NCBI GenBank assembly: GCA_964466715.1
Contig: CAYXOC010000003.1
Location: 11,106-75,105, forward strand
Reading direction: 5' to 3'
Origin: an uncultured bacterium
Lineage (GTDB): Bacteria; Armatimonadota; UBA5829; DTJY01
Length of the DNA stretch: 64,000 nucleotides
The notes below the pieces were generated by a model. The model worked only from the letters and a program-made list of their open reading frames with translations, did no database searches and was not told where the DNA came from. The position numbers were made by a program, and so were the translations under genes. Shown here piece after piece: positions 34,985 through 45,047 of this stretch (position 1 is the first letter of the stretch; every line of letters begins with the position of its first letter).

Positions 34985-36172
34985 CTAGATGCGGGAGAGG
35001 AGATCATCGAGCCGGGTGAGGATGGCAGGCCAGGAGTACTCGGCCTCGACAAGCCGCCGGCCCGCGGAGCCGATCTCCGCGCATCGAGCGCGGTCCTTCA
35101 GGAGGCTCACGACCCCGTCCGCGAACGCCTGAGGGTCGTCGGCGACGACGATGTCCCGCCCGGGATGCACCGAGATACCCTCGCAGCCGACGGAGGTCGA
35201 GACGACCGGGATGGCCATCGCCATCGCATCAAGGATCTTCACCCGCATACCACTGCCGATCCGCAGGGGCACGACGAACACCGCCGCTCCGAGGGATGCC
35301 TCTCGAATGTCGTCGACATAGCCGGTCACCGTGACGGACGGGTCGGACTCCGGCAGTTGTCGGATGACGGGCGGTGGGTTCGCCCCGACGATGGTAAACC
35401 CCGCCTGAGGGACCCGGCGACGGATGTACGGGTAGACCTCGCGGTGGAACCACTGTACCGCGTCGATGTTCGGCGGCCAGGACATCGTGCCGAACGTGAG
35501 GATCCGCTGGGAGTCGCGCGATCGGGGTAGAGGCGTGAAGTAGCTCGTATCGACCCCTATCGGGAGCGCGGTGAGCTTCTCGGCCGACACGCCGTGCTCC
35601 TGCAGGATCGCGCGGTCGTGCTCGGTGACCGTGACGACCGCACGGGCGGAACGGCACGCGTCGAGCTCGAACCGCCGGAGCTTCGGCCACTCCATAGCGG
35701 CGAACCGGCGTCGCAGGGGCGAGGCATCGAACTCCGCGAAGCGCTCGACGATGCGCCATTCGACGTTGTGCTCGTCGAGCAGGATCGGGCACGATACGGA
35801 CCTGGGCACGTACTGGAGCATCTGCAGGTGATCGACGTAGATGAGATCGGGCTTCCGCCGAAGGTGGTCGAGGACCCGCGACTTCATCTCGGGTCGCCAG
35901 TCGCGGCTGATGATGAACGAGCGCCCCGTGATCGTGCTCCTGGCGGCGTGCAGGAGATCGATAAACGCCGATCTGGTCATGGTGCAGGAGTCGATACTGC
36001 TGCAGTACTCGCCGAGATGGACGAGCGATTCCACCTCCCGGCTGCCGCGGACGAACAACAGCAGTTCCACCTCGTGCCGAGCGCCGAGGTGTTTCAGGAT
36101 GTTGTACGTCTTGATCGCCCCGCCGTTTGTCGGGGGGTATGGGCAGATTTGCGTCAGGAAGAGAATGCGCAT
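34985..36172 (-). CDS. GT4-family glycosyltransferase
   Basis: MRILFLTQICPYPPTNGGAIKTYNILKHL at the N-terminus and a C-terminal E-x7-E-type region (GSGMRVKILDAMAMAIPVVST). Confidence 0.85.
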   Translation of the reverse strand: MRILFLTQICPYPPTNGGAIKTYNILKHLGARHEVELLLFVRGSREVESLVHLGEYCSSIDSCTMTRSAFIDLLHAARSTITGRSFIISRDWRPEMKSRVLDHLRRKPDLIYVDHLQMLQYVPRSVSCPILLDEHNVEWRIVERFAEFDASPLRRRFAAMEWPKLRRFELDACRSARAVVTVTEHDRAILQEHGVSAEKLTALPIGVDTSYFTPLPRSRDSQRILTFGTMSWPPNIDAVQWFHREVYPYIRRRVPQAGFTIVGANPPPVIRQLPESDPSVTVTGYVDDIREASLGAAVFVVPLRIGSGMRVKILDAMAMAIPVVSTSVGCEGISVHPGRDIVVADDPQAFADGVVSLLKDRARCAEIGSAGRRLVEAEYSWPAILTRLDDLLSRI

Positions 36173-36180
36173 TCCGTGTC

Positions 36181-37374
36181 TCAGCCGTCCTCGAGATGTG
36201 CCGCCTCCCAGTAGATGCGCATGGTGTCCTGGGCCATGCGCTCCCAGGTGAACTGCTCGACATGATCGAGACCGGCCGACCTCAAGCGGTGGTTCACCTC
36301 ATCATTCAGGATCGTGCGAATCCCTTGGGCGATGCTCTGCTCGTCACTCGGCTCCACGAAGACCGCGCAGTCGCCGAGCACCTCGCCGAGCGATCCCCGG
36401 CGGGACGCGACGACCGGAGTGCCGGATGCCATGGCCTCCAGAGGCGGGAGCCCGAATCCCTCATCGAGCGACGGGAAGACCAACGCGCGGGCATGACGGT
36501 AGAGCCACCGTAACTGCTCCACCGGAAGCGGACCGACCGGCAGGATCCGCGGATGGCCGAACTCGCGGATCCTCGACCTGGTCTCGGGAGTCGAGCACAC
36601 GAGCGCCAGCCTCAGGCCGGGGAACTCGTCAGAGATCAGGCGAAACGCGGCCATCACCCCGGCTTCGTTCTTCCGTCCATCCACGGCGGCGAAGCCGAGA
36701 AGGAACCGCTCGTGCGGCTCGATGCCGGGCACCGGATCGACCCGAATGGGATCGCTCGCATCGGATCGCGGACCGATCCCCGGCGCTCCTCTCAGACCGT
36801 TGTCCGTGCAGAAGCCCGGGTCGATACCGAGGTAGACCACCCGCATCCTGCTCAGCGGGATGTCGAGCATCACCCGCAGGTCGGCGGCCGCCGCCTTCGA
36901 GTCGGTGATAACCAGCGACGCCTTCTCGGCCGACTTCGGGATCACGAGCCTCCAGTATGCGTGGAGCGCCTTGCCCTTGGCCGACAGACCGCCGATCTCC
37001 CTTCTGCGCACGGCGATGGCATCGTGGATCGTGACGACCATCGGACGCCTGTACTTGATCGGCGCGGTGTTGCACGGGAAGTGCGCCACGTCGATGCCGT
37101 CGGCCATCATCCGCAGGGGGAGGAACACCTGCTCCCTTAGCGGGAACGACCCGCCCACCGGACAGAGCCGAAAGTTCGAGGGCAGGTCGATCGGCACATC
37201 GGCGTCCCTGTCCGTGTACAGGATGAAGCGGTGGCCATCCAGGTCGGCGGACGCGCGCGCGAGCGCCGAGACCAGGCTGCTGGTGTATGTCTTGAACCCC
37301 CCACGCTGAGGGTGGGTCAGAAATCTGGCGTCGATTCCTATCTTCATGTGATGCTGACCTGCCGTATACGGCAT
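36181..37374 (-). CDS. GT4-family glycosyltransferase
   Basis: MKIGIDARFL...GGFKTY at the N-terminus and LVFPSLDEGFGLPPLEAMASGTPVV at the C-terminus. The start is ambiguous between the ATG at 37374 and the ATG at 37347. Confidence 0.8.
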   Translation of the reverse strand: MPYTAGQHHMKIGIDARFLTHPQRGGFKTYTSSLVSALARASADLDGHRFILYTDRDADVPIDLPSNFRLCPVGGSFPLREQVFLPLRMMADGIDVAHFPCNTAPIKYRRPMVVTIHDAIAVRRREIGGLSAKGKALHAYWRLVIPKSAEKASLVITDSKAAAADLRVMLDIPLSRMRVVYLGIDPGFCTDNGLRGAPGIGPRSDASDPIRVDPVPGIEPHERFLLGFAAVDGRKNEAGVMAAFRLISDEFPGLRLALVCSTPETRSRIREFGHPRILPVGPLPVEQLRWLYRHARALVFPSLDEGFGLPPLEAMASGTPVVASRRGSLGEVLGDCAVFVEPSDEQSIAQGIRTILNDEVNHRLRSAGLDHVEQFTWERMAQDTMRIYWEAAHLEDG

Positions 37375-37426
37375 CCGTTGTCGGCTCCACCTATTGTTGG
37401 GGAGGGATCTGGAATCCCTTGGTGAG

Positions 37427-38392
37427 TCACGGAATGCCCACCGGACTGCGGGGCCGGCATTCGACCCTGTCGCATACCGTCCACCTCAACAACTTCCGGT
37501 GGAACTGCGCGCGGTCCGCCAGCGACTGATCGGAGCGCCTGACGAGTCCTGCGATGGAGTATGCGGTCCACCGCAGGAGGGCGCTCAGGCCGATGACGGC
37601 GCGAAGCGCCGCCGCAGAGATCCGTCCGTAATGCTTCCTCACGAACCGATGCCGGCTGATGTACAGGTGCAGAAGCACGTCCGAGCCGAACTTCGCTGCG
37701 CTCTGTCCACCGAGGTGGATGATCTGCGCGCCGGGGTAGTAGTAGACCGACCAGCCGCGCTGCCACATCCTGTAGCACCAGTCGGCCTCCTCGGCGTACA
37801 TGAAATAGCCCTCGTCCATGAGGCCGACCTCCTGGATCGCCTGACGGCGGACCATGAGGCAGCTTCCCCCGGCGAAATCGACCTCCCGGACATCATCGAA
37901 GTCCCACCACGACATCGAGTAGCAGCCGAACAGCTTCGACCTTCGGAACAGCTTGCTCAGATACAGGGCGTCGAACAACTCCGTCATCGGGCTCGGGAAC
38001 CGGCTGCACGAGCGCTGGAGCGTGCCGTCGCAGTTGAGCAGCTTGCAGCCGACGATCCCGGCCTCCGCGTGCGTCTCCATGAACCAGAGCATGCCCTGGA
38101 GCGCGCCTTCGAGCACGATGGTGTCCGTGTTCAGCAACAGGAAGTACGGAGCGGTGCTGTGCTTGAACGCGATGTTCACCCCCGCTGCGAAGCCCATGTT
38201 GACCTTGTTGCGCACCAGTATCACGTCGGGATGCTTCTCCGCCAGCAGATCGGGGCTGCCGTCCTCGCTCGCGTTGTCCACCACGATTATCTCCAAACGG
38301 AGATCGCCCGCGGTCCGGTAGATCGAGTCGAGGCACTGATCCAGAAGCTCCTTCGTGTTCCAGTTGACGATGGCGATAGAGATGTCTTTCAC
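37427..38392 (-). CDS. GT2-family glycosyltransferase (rhamnosyltransferase-like)
   Basis: Motifs: ISIAIVNWNTKELL, IIVVDNASEDGS, NMGFAAGVNIA, LLLNTDT. Confidence 0.85.
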   Translation of the reverse strand: MKDISIAIVNWNTKELLDQCLDSIYRTAGDLRLEIIVVDNASEDGSPDLLAEKHPDVILVRNKVNMGFAAGVNIAFKHSTAPYFLLLNTDTIVLEGALQGMLWFMETHAEAGIVGCKLLNCDGTLQRSCSRFPSPMTELFDALYLSKLFRRSKLFGCYSMSWWDFDDVREVDFAGGSCLMVRRQAIQEVGLMDEGYFMYAEEADWCYRMWQRGWSVYYYPGAQIIHLGGQSAAKFGSDVLLHLYISRHRFVRKHYGRISAAALRAVIGLSALLRWTAYSIAGLVRRSDQSLADRAQFHRKLLRWTVCDRVECRPRSPVGIP

Positions 38393-39816
38393 GTAGCTGA
38401 CTCGGATTCCCCCTCCGGCAGATCGGACGCCGCCACCGCCGCTCCCATGATCAGCCAGGTGTAGACGGTCGTGCCGAACGTAACGATACCGTTATTACCC
38501 CTGCTCGGGAAGAGATAATCGCCGAACAGACTGGCCACCGCCAGAGCGGAGACCATCGCCGTCGCGGACACCGCCAACCACCTGTGCTCGGGAGCGCACC
38601 TGCGATACGCCCTCACACCCGTCACTATCGCGGCGGCGATCACCCACAGAAACGCGAGCAGACCGACCACGCCCAACTCGGCGAGCATCTGGGCGTAGTT
38701 GCTGTGCGCCGTGGTGTACGTAGTGCTGCCGAACCAGATCGTGTTGTGCCAGTATACGTAGGGGTGGTAGTTCCCGGGTCCGACTCCGAGCACCGGATTG
38801 ACGTCCATCACCATCAGGGCAGCATCGCGCCAGATCGTGAAGCGGTCGAAATCGCCGCCGAACACCGATTCCTCGTGGATCGAGCTGTAGACTCCCGGGT
38901 AGACGAACAGCATGAACAGCAGGCAGACGGTGAGCCCGATGGCGAGCGGCTTGGAGCGGAACCAGCTCACCACGAGCACGACTCCCATGCACGCTATCCA
39001 GCCCGAGACCCAGGCCAGGTCGATCAGCACGCCGACTATCAACATCGCCAGGAGGATCGACAGCCCCACGATCTGCTTCGTATCGAGCTTCGAGAAGAGC
39101 AGCCGCGAGTAGACGAATGCGATGGCGGCGGCCATGAGGAAACTCCCCCACATGAAAGGAAACGCCAGGGGCGCGAAGCGGGTGATCTGGTAGGCCGCGA
39201 TGATCGATCCCATGAGAACGACGGGCAGGTATATGCGGTTGATCCAACGCTTGCTGTCGAGGACGCTCGCCGTCAGGAAGAACGCCCAGATCGAGAACGT
39301 CAGCAGGCCGACTTCGGCGATCTGGGTGATCCACATCTGGTGGAAGAGCAGTTCGCGCGTGCCCCGCAGGATGTTGTTCATCAGCAGGGAGATGAAGGCC
39401 ACCACCCACAGGACCACCATAGGCAGATTGAGCGCCGACTTGCGTATCCTGATGCCGCCCGTGAACGCGCCTCGGCCGATCCAGAGCATCACCAGGAACC
39501 CAAGCAGCAGTTCGGAAGGCATCAGTCCCTGGCTGTAGGAACTGTTCGGGCTCTGAACCCCGGGTGATTCGCCGAGCGCGAAAGCCGAGATGTAGAACAA
39601 GAGGATCAGCCCGAACTGCAGGTTGCGGACGAGCGCAAGGCCGAGGATCACGGCCACCATCACGGCCAGCGCGAAGTAGGTCGGCAGCTTGACCACTAGC
39701 AGGCCGATGCCGATCCCGCCCGCAAGGACCACGAACGGCGCCGCCCAGGTGAACGACAACTCATCTGCGCCGGCTTCTTCGAGATGGTATATGTTGTCGC
39801 TGCTGTCCATGTGCAT
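38389..39816 (-). CDS. O-antigen ligase/polymerase-family membrane protein (Wzy-like)
   Basis: 475 aa with about 10-12 TM helices and a Wzy_C-like loop (TTAHSNYAQMLAELGVVGLLAF). Overlaps the GT2 start by 4 nt. Confidence 0.8.
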   Translation of the reverse strand: MHMDSSDNIYHLEEAGADELSFTWAAPFVVLAGGIGIGLLVVKLPTYFALAVMVAVILGLALVRNLQFGLILLFYISAFALGESPGVQSPNSSYSQGLMPSELLLGFLVMLWIGRGAFTGGIRIRKSALNLPMVVLWVVAFISLLMNNILRGTRELLFHQMWITQIAEVGLLTFSIWAFFLTASVLDSKRWINRIYLPVVLMGSIIAAYQITRFAPLAFPFMWGSFLMAAAIAFVYSRLLFSKLDTKQIVGLSILLAMLIVGVLIDLAWVSGWIACMGVVLVVSWFRSKPLAIGLTVCLLFMLFVYPGVYSSIHEESVFGGDFDRFTIWRDAALMVMDVNPVLGVGPGNYHPYVYWHNTIWFGSTTYTTAHSNYAQMLAELGVVGLLAFLWVIAAAIVTGVRAYRRCAPEHRWLAVSATAMVSALAVASLFGDYLFPSRGNNGIVTFGTTVYTWLIMGAAVAASDLPEGESESAT

Positions 39817-39847
39817 GGTAGAGTCCTGTTGCTCCTGGGAAACCTCG

Positions 39848-40215
39848 CACCGTCAGCCCTGATTGGTCCCGACCGTCCTTCGATACGCTTCGCTACTCAG
39901 GACTGGCGGGTTCTATGTCCCCGGGAAAACCCACACCGCTAGCACTAATCCTGAACTTCTAGTTCGCTGAGTAGCGGGTTCCTCTGTCCCGGCAGACCCA
40001 CCCCGTCAGCCCTGAGTAGTCCTGAACTCCGAGTTCACTTCGATGCGCGTTGCTACTCAGCATGGTCGGAGTTCAGGGCGTATCGAAGGGCGGCCTTGCT
40101 CCACCAGACCCCTGGCTAGACCCGACCGTCCTTCGATACGCTTCGCTACTCAGGACTAGCGGTTCCTATGTCCCGGCAAACAACCACCGCCAGCCCTGAC
40201 AGGGCTAGCGAGGTG
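39848..40215. repeat. composite array of direct and inverted REP/MITE-like repeats
   Basis: Near-identical ~53-bp direct repeats lie at 39868-39921 and 40121-40173 (CCCGACCGTCCTTCGATACGCTTCGCTACTCAGGACT...). An inverted partial copy GCGTATCGAAGGGCGG is at 40078-40093. There is an inner inverted repeat TCCTGAACTCCGA/TCGGAGTTCAGG (40020-40077). The motif CCG(T/C)CAGCCCTGA occurs three times. Confidence 0.85.
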
Positions 40216-40280
40216 TCTACCCGAAACAACTGCGCTTCCCGCGCAGTAACATGCTCAGAGTGACACCGTGCGCAACCCAC

Positions 40281-41471
40281 CTAACCGCATACCAAGCGTT
40301 CGAATTCCGCTGCGATCGCCGGCCATTGGAAACGCTCGCGGACCAACTCGCGTGCGTTCCGGCCGATCTCCTCCGCGGTCGCCGGGTCGCGCAGGATGCG
40401 GATGACGGCGCCGGCCATCTCTTCCGGGGTGTCCGCGAGCAGGATGTCCCTGCCGTCGGTCACCGGGATGCCCTCCGCGCCCATCCGGGTAGTCACGACC
40501 GGCGTCCCGAGCCCCATCGCCTCCAGGATCTTGAGCCGCGTGCCGCCTCCAAGGCGCATCGGCGCGACCATGACGGATGCCGATGCGATGCACGGCCGGA
40601 CGTCGTCAACGTAGCCTGTCAGCTCTACCGCGCTGTCCAACGACGCGAACGCCTCCCTGTCCGCATCCGACACCCTGCCGGTGATCCGCAGCTTCGCTCG
40701 GGGCACATGTCGGCGCACGAGAGGAAGGATATCGCGACAGAGACACTCCGCCGCATCGCGGTTCGGGCCGTAGCTCAGCGCGCCGGTGAAGATCAGCAGA
40801 TCACTCTCCCTGGCAGTCCCGTGGTACTCGAGCAGCGCCGGGTCGATCCCGTTGGGGATCACGGCCGAGATCGGCTTGCCGCCGCGGAGGAGCGCCCGAA
40901 AAAGATCCTGCTCCTGCTCTGAGACGACCGACACCGCATCGAAGCGGGACGCCAGCATACGCTCATAGCTCTCTGCCTTTACCCATGTCGGCAGATACCG
41001 CAACCGCGTCAGGAGCGATCTCTCCTCACGCGATCGCCTCTTGATCACCTGACTCTCGACATTGTGCTCGTCGAGGATCTTGCGGGCGAACGTGCGAAGG
41101 GGGGCGACGTACGGAGCCGCTCCCAGGGTGACCGCTATGATCGCATCGTACTGCTCTCCCCACGACCATTCCCGCAGCTCGGCATCCAGTCCGGGGCTGT
41201 GATGCGCCTGGAAGTAGCGCGGTACGGGCGAGAAGAATGCCGCGATACCTCCGAGTCCGGATGGTCGGAATTCCGGCTCGCGGTAGGTGTTGACCCTCCT
41301 GCAGAACGCCCGTACCCGGTCGAGGTGGATCAGGTCGTCATCCGATTGGCGCATTGCCAGCAGATCGAGCCGGTGCCTCTCGCCGAGATGCCGCAGCAGA
41401 TGATAGGCCCTCATCTTCGAGCCGTTGTCGGGCGGATATGGAAACCAGGTGGAGACGGCGAGAATCTTCAT
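40281..41471 (-). CDS. GT4-family glycosyltransferase
   Basis: ORF 40281..41780 trimmed to the ATG at 41471, 2 nt after the upstream gene stop (MKILAVSTWFPYPPDNGSKMRAYHLLRHL...). C-terminal MVAPMRLGGGTRLKILEAMGLGTPVV. Confidence 0.85.
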   Translation of the reverse strand: MKILAVSTWFPYPPDNGSKMRAYHLLRHLGERHRLDLLAMRQSDDDLIHLDRVRAFCRRVNTYREPEFRPSGLGGIAAFFSPVPRYFQAHHSPGLDAELREWSWGEQYDAIIAVTLGAAPYVAPLRTFARKILDEHNVESQVIKRRSREERSLLTRLRYLPTWVKAESYERMLASRFDAVSVVSEQEQDLFRALLRGGKPISAVIPNGIDPALLEYHGTARESDLLIFTGALSYGPNRDAAECLCRDILPLVRRHVPRAKLRITGRVSDADREAFASLDSAVELTGYVDDVRPCIASASVMVAPMRLGGGTRLKILEAMGLGTPVVTTRMGAEGIPVTDGRDILLADTPEEMAGAVIRILRDPATAEEIGRNARELVRERFQWPAIAAEFERLVCG

Positions 41472-41473
41472 GA

Positions 41474-42388
41474 TCAGCAAGCGCCCAGGCGACCGAAGCG
41501 GCCGAAATAGAAGTCGAGCAGGCCGAGCAGCATCAGGCGGCTCCTGCGGAGTCGTCCCCTGGCCGCATGGGCCGCCGCGCTCCTCAGGAGATCCATAACC
41601 GCGATGCGGGCGATCCGTTTCCGCGGAGTCCCAACGGACTCGAGAAAGAGCAGACGGTTCCGCGAAAAGTAGTATGGCGAATCGTTGCGCGACTCGTCGC
41701 CCAACTCGACCTTGTGCCAGACCTCGCTCGGCGGAGAGTACATGATCTTGTAGCCCGCCTGACGGATGCGCCGACACCATTCCGCCTCCTCGTAGTACAT
41801 GAAGTAGCGGGAGTCCATGAGGCCCGCCTTGCGGATCGCCTCGGTCCTCACGAGCATCGCGCAGCCGACGGCGTAGTCGATCTCCGACGCGGCCTCCGCC
41901 TGACCCACATTCCTCTCGCCGTAGTGCCTCTGAGTGGCGACGCCCGTCTCATCGTCGAGCATGCCGCCGGTAGACCAGATGATGTCCGGCTTCGAATAGA
42001 GCATCACCCTCGGCGAGAGCACGCCGGCGTCCGGGTGGCCGTGAGCGCCGGCGACCAGCCATTCCACGGCATCGTGCGACACGATGACGTCGTTGTTCAC
42101 CAGGAACACGAGATCGATCCCGTCGGCCATCACGGACGCCAGCCCGAGGTTGTTTCCCTGGGCGAATCCGAGGTTCTCCGGCGAGCGGATCAGCCGCACG
42201 GCCGGGTACCGCTCGGCGATGGCGTCGGCGGAGCCGTCGGTCGAGCCGTTATCGACCACGTATACCACGAGCGCCGGATACGTCGATCCCAGGAGGGAGT
42301 CGATGCACTCCAGCGTGTCCTGTTTTCGGTTCCAATTAACTACGAGCGCGCCGACACGGGGGAGCCGGCGCGTAGTGTGATCAACCAT
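41474..42388 (-). CDS. GT2-family glycosyltransferase
   Basis: Motifs: VGALVVNWNRKQDTLECIDSL, VVDNGSTDGS, NLGFAQGNNLG, LVNNDV. Confidence 0.85.
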   Translation of the reverse strand: MVDHTTRRLPRVGALVVNWNRKQDTLECIDSLLGSTYPALVVYVVDNGSTDGSADAIAERYPAVRLIRSPENLGFAQGNNLGLASVMADGIDLVFLVNNDVIVSHDAVEWLVAGAHGHPDAGVLSPRVMLYSKPDIIWSTGGMLDDETGVATQRHYGERNVGQAEAASEIDYAVGCAMLVRTEAIRKAGLMDSRYFMYYEEAEWCRRIRQAGYKIMYSPPSEVWHKVELGDESRNDSPYYFSRNRLLFLESVGTPRKRIARIAVMDLLRSAAAHAARGRLRRSRLMLLGLLDFYFGRFGRLGAC

Positions 42389-42414
42389 TTCCTGTCAAAG
42401 TCCTGTGTCGCGAG

Positions 42415-43893
42415 TCATTCGGCCACTCCGGCCTCGACGGGCGCGGACCGCCCGGACATGAGCGTCTGCAGAGTGCTCCGCCCGAGCCCGTTCGCATAGA
42501 TCCTGTAGAACGTATACCAGCAAGCGGGAATCAGTAAACCCGCGATGGCTGCACCCATCGCAGGGATGGATGAGAACCCGAGGCTGACTGCCGCCATCGG
42601 GACCAGCGATGCCGCGTAGACGACGGAGATCTGCCGGGCAAGCAGCAGGAAGTCCGGCCGAAGGATGCGGTAGACGCTGACGATGACCGGCACGGCCCCG
42701 AATATGAGGTAAGTCGCGGCGACCATGCCGAGCGTCCCGTACCGCAACGTCAGGACGTAGCCGAACACCATCATGCTCACCGCGCCGATCACCATCGACG
42801 ACGTGAGGACGCTGTCCTTCTTCCGCGCCCTCACGACCTCATAGCCGAAGGTGCAGAACGGATTGACGAGTCCGGCGACGCTGAGCGCCCGGACGAGCAC
42901 GGCGGCCTGCATCCACTTGTGGCCCAGCACCGCCGGCACGACGACGGAGGCGTTGAACAGCAGGTAGAAGTAGATCGGGGCCTCGATGGCATACACCGCG
43001 AGAGTCGCCTGACGATACGCCCGACCCATGGCCGCCGTATCGTCCCTGTACTCGCAGAGGATCGGATATATGACACGGTACACCGCCGTCTCGACCACCT
43101 TCGAGACCAGGACCACCAGCGTTGCGGCCATCGTGTAGTAGCCGAGCTGCCTGTCATCGACCAGGGTGCCGAGGATAGCGACGTGTCCCTGTTGCAGAGC
43201 GAATCCCATCAGGGCGATGAGGAAGAGGTACTTGCCTCCGAGCACAAGGGATACGGAGTGCCGGAGCGTGAGCTCGACCGGCATCCTCCCCGCAGCGGCG
43301 CGCCAGATCATGATGGCGAAGACCGCCTCGCCCGCCACGGTTCCCCAGACCAGCGCCCAGACGCCGTAGTGATAGTATGCAAGTCCGATGCTGACCACGC
43401 CGGTGACTAGAAGCCTCGTCAACTCCGGCAGGAGCGACCGCTGGATGAGCAGTTCGCGGTCGAGGTATAGAGTGGGCACGGACGAGAGCGCCTTGATGAT
43501 GATGACTACCGCCATCGCGCGCATCACCGGTGGGAATGCCGCGTCCCAGGCGTGGAACCTCCCGACGAAGACCTCGATCAGCCCTACCAGGACAAGCGCG
43601 ATGGTGAAGCGAAGCGCCAGCAGGTTGCCGTACGGACGGTGGCGCTCGCGGATGATGTGCTGGGAGACGCCGAGGTCCACCAGGACGTCGCCGGCGAGTA
43701 GGACGAGCAGGGCCTTGGCGTAGAGCCCGAGGTCATCGGGCGCGATCAGGTGCGCGAGGACGATCTTCGTCACCAGGCTGGTAGCCGTGGTTGCGAACTG
43801 CGAGGCGTACGAACTCAGCAGCGACAATGTGGCTCTTCGTTTTATGCTATCCATACCGGATGAACGGGTTGATCGCGAATAGGACCAGGTCAC
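42415..43893 (-). CDS. wzx: Wzx-like oligosaccharide flippase (MOP superfamily)
   Basis: About 12-14 TM helices with a polysaccharide-biosynthesis-protein-like N-terminus (KRRATLSLLSSYASQFATTATSLVTKIVLAHLI). The start may be the internal ATG at 43854. Confidence 0.8.
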   Translation of the reverse strand: MTWSYSRSTRSSGMDSIKRRATLSLLSSYASQFATTATSLVTKIVLAHLIAPDDLGLYAKALLVLLAGDVLVDLGVSQHIIRERHRPYGNLLALRFTIALVLVGLIEVFVGRFHAWDAAFPPVMRAMAVVIIIKALSSVPTLYLDRELLIQRSLLPELTRLLVTGVVSIGLAYYHYGVWALVWGTVAGEAVFAIMIWRAAAGRMPVELTLRHSVSLVLGGKYLFLIALMGFALQQGHVAILGTLVDDRQLGYYTMAATLVVLVSKVVETAVYRVIYPILCEYRDDTAAMGRAYRQATLAVYAIEAPIYFYLLFNASVVVPAVLGHKWMQAAVLVRALSVAGLVNPFCTFGYEVVRARKKDSVLTSSMVIGAVSMMVFGYVLTLRYGTLGMVAATYLIFGAVPVIVSVYRILRPDFLLLARQISVVYAASLVPMAAVSLGFSSIPAMGAAIAGLLIPACWYTFYRIYANGLGRSTLQTLMSGRSAPVEAGVAE

Positions 43894-43909
43894 GGTACCG
43901 CCGGCCGCG

Positions 43910-44908
43910 CTACTTCAGGTGCTCTTTGATCACGTATGTCGGCTTGCCCTGGCCTTCGTGATATATGCGCACCATCATCTCGCCGAGTAGGCCCATCGTC
44001 ACGAACTGCACGCCGACAAGTATCAGGAGGATCGCAAGGAAGAGCATCGGGCGGTCGGAGAGGCCCTGCCCGAAGACCAGTTTCTGCACGGACAGCCATG
44101 CCGCCAGGAGAAAGCCGCTCAGCCCCGAGACGAAGCCGAATGTGCCGAACATCCGCAGCGGCTTCGTTGCATAACTGAGCAGGAACTTCACCGTGATCAG
44201 ATCGAGGGCGACGCGCAGAGTCCGGGAGAGACCGTACTTGGATGTGCCATGCACTCGCGGATGGTGGTTCACCTGGATCTCGGCCACATCCGTGCCCATC
44301 CAGCTCGCCATCGCGGGGATGAATCGGTGCATCTCGCCGTAGAGATCGATGTTCTGTGCGACCTCGCGGCGGTAGGCCTTGAGCGTGCAGCCGTAGTCGT
44401 GCAGCCGGACCCCGGTGATCCTGGATATCAGCCAGTTCGCGCATATCGACGGCACCCTGCGCGTGAGGAACTTGTCCTTGCGCCGAACACGCCAGCCGCT
44501 CACGACGTCGTAGCCCTCCTCGATCTTGTCGAGGAGCATCGGGATGTCGTTCGGGTCGTTCTGCAGATCGCCGTCGAGCGTGACGATGACGTCGCCGCGC
44601 GCGTGCGCGAATCCGGCGGCAAGCGCGGCGGTCTGGCCGAAGTTGCGCCGGAAGCGGATCACCTGGCACATCGGATCGGCATCGTGGACGGACTGAAGGG
44701 CCTTGAAGGTGCCGTCCGAGCTGCCATCGTCGATGAAGATGATCTCACAGCTCTTGTTGAGATGCCGAAGCACCGGTCTCAGGGCGGCGTAGAGCGGAAG
44801 GATATTCGGCTCTTCGTTGTAGACGGGTATGATCACGGAGAACTCGACGGTCTCCGGGTCGGGCGATGCATACGGCGAGTCCTCGGTTCTCGGGAGCGCA
44901 GTGGCCAA
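43910..44908 (-). CDS. GT2 polyprenyl-phosphate glycosyltransferase (ArnC/GtrB/DPM1-like)
   Basis: TTG start 5 nt after AGGAGG. Motifs: FSVIIPVYNEE, IIFIDDGSSDGT, RNFGQTAALAAG, TLDGDLQNDP. Two C-terminal TM helices. Confidence 0.85.
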   Translation of the reverse strand: MATALPRTEDSPYASPDPETVEFSVIIPVYNEEPNILPLYAALRPVLRHLNKSCEIIFIDDGSSDGTFKALQSVHDADPMCQVIRFRRNFGQTAALAAGFAHARGDVIVTLDGDLQNDPNDIPMLLDKIEEGYDVVSGWRVRRKDKFLTRRVPSICANWLISRITGVRLHDYGCTLKAYRREVAQNIDLYGEMHRFIPAMASWMGTDVAEIQVNHHPRVHGTSKYGLSRTLRVALDLITVKFLLSYATKPLRMFGTFGFVSGLSGFLLAAWLSVQKLVFGQGLSDRPMLFLAILLILVGVQFVTMGLLGEMMVRIYHEGQGKPTYVIKEHLK

Positions 44909-45047
44909 GTGGACCTCCTCAGCGAGTCGGCGCCGAGTCGTGCCGGCTGCCTTCTACTTATGCTTCCTGCAATCAATCGTGTGTAGACAATGGGCACACA
45001 CAGCCACTCTTACCCGCGCGCTTCCGAGTTCAAAACGCCGATGCCGA

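Noticed and set aside
39848-40215. Possible CRISPR array in the repeat-rich gap of the polysaccharide locus.
   Set aside because: The repeats are of unequal length and occur in both orientations. They are not separated by uniform unique spacers, and no cas genes are nearby. The region fits nested REP/MITE-like repeats instead.
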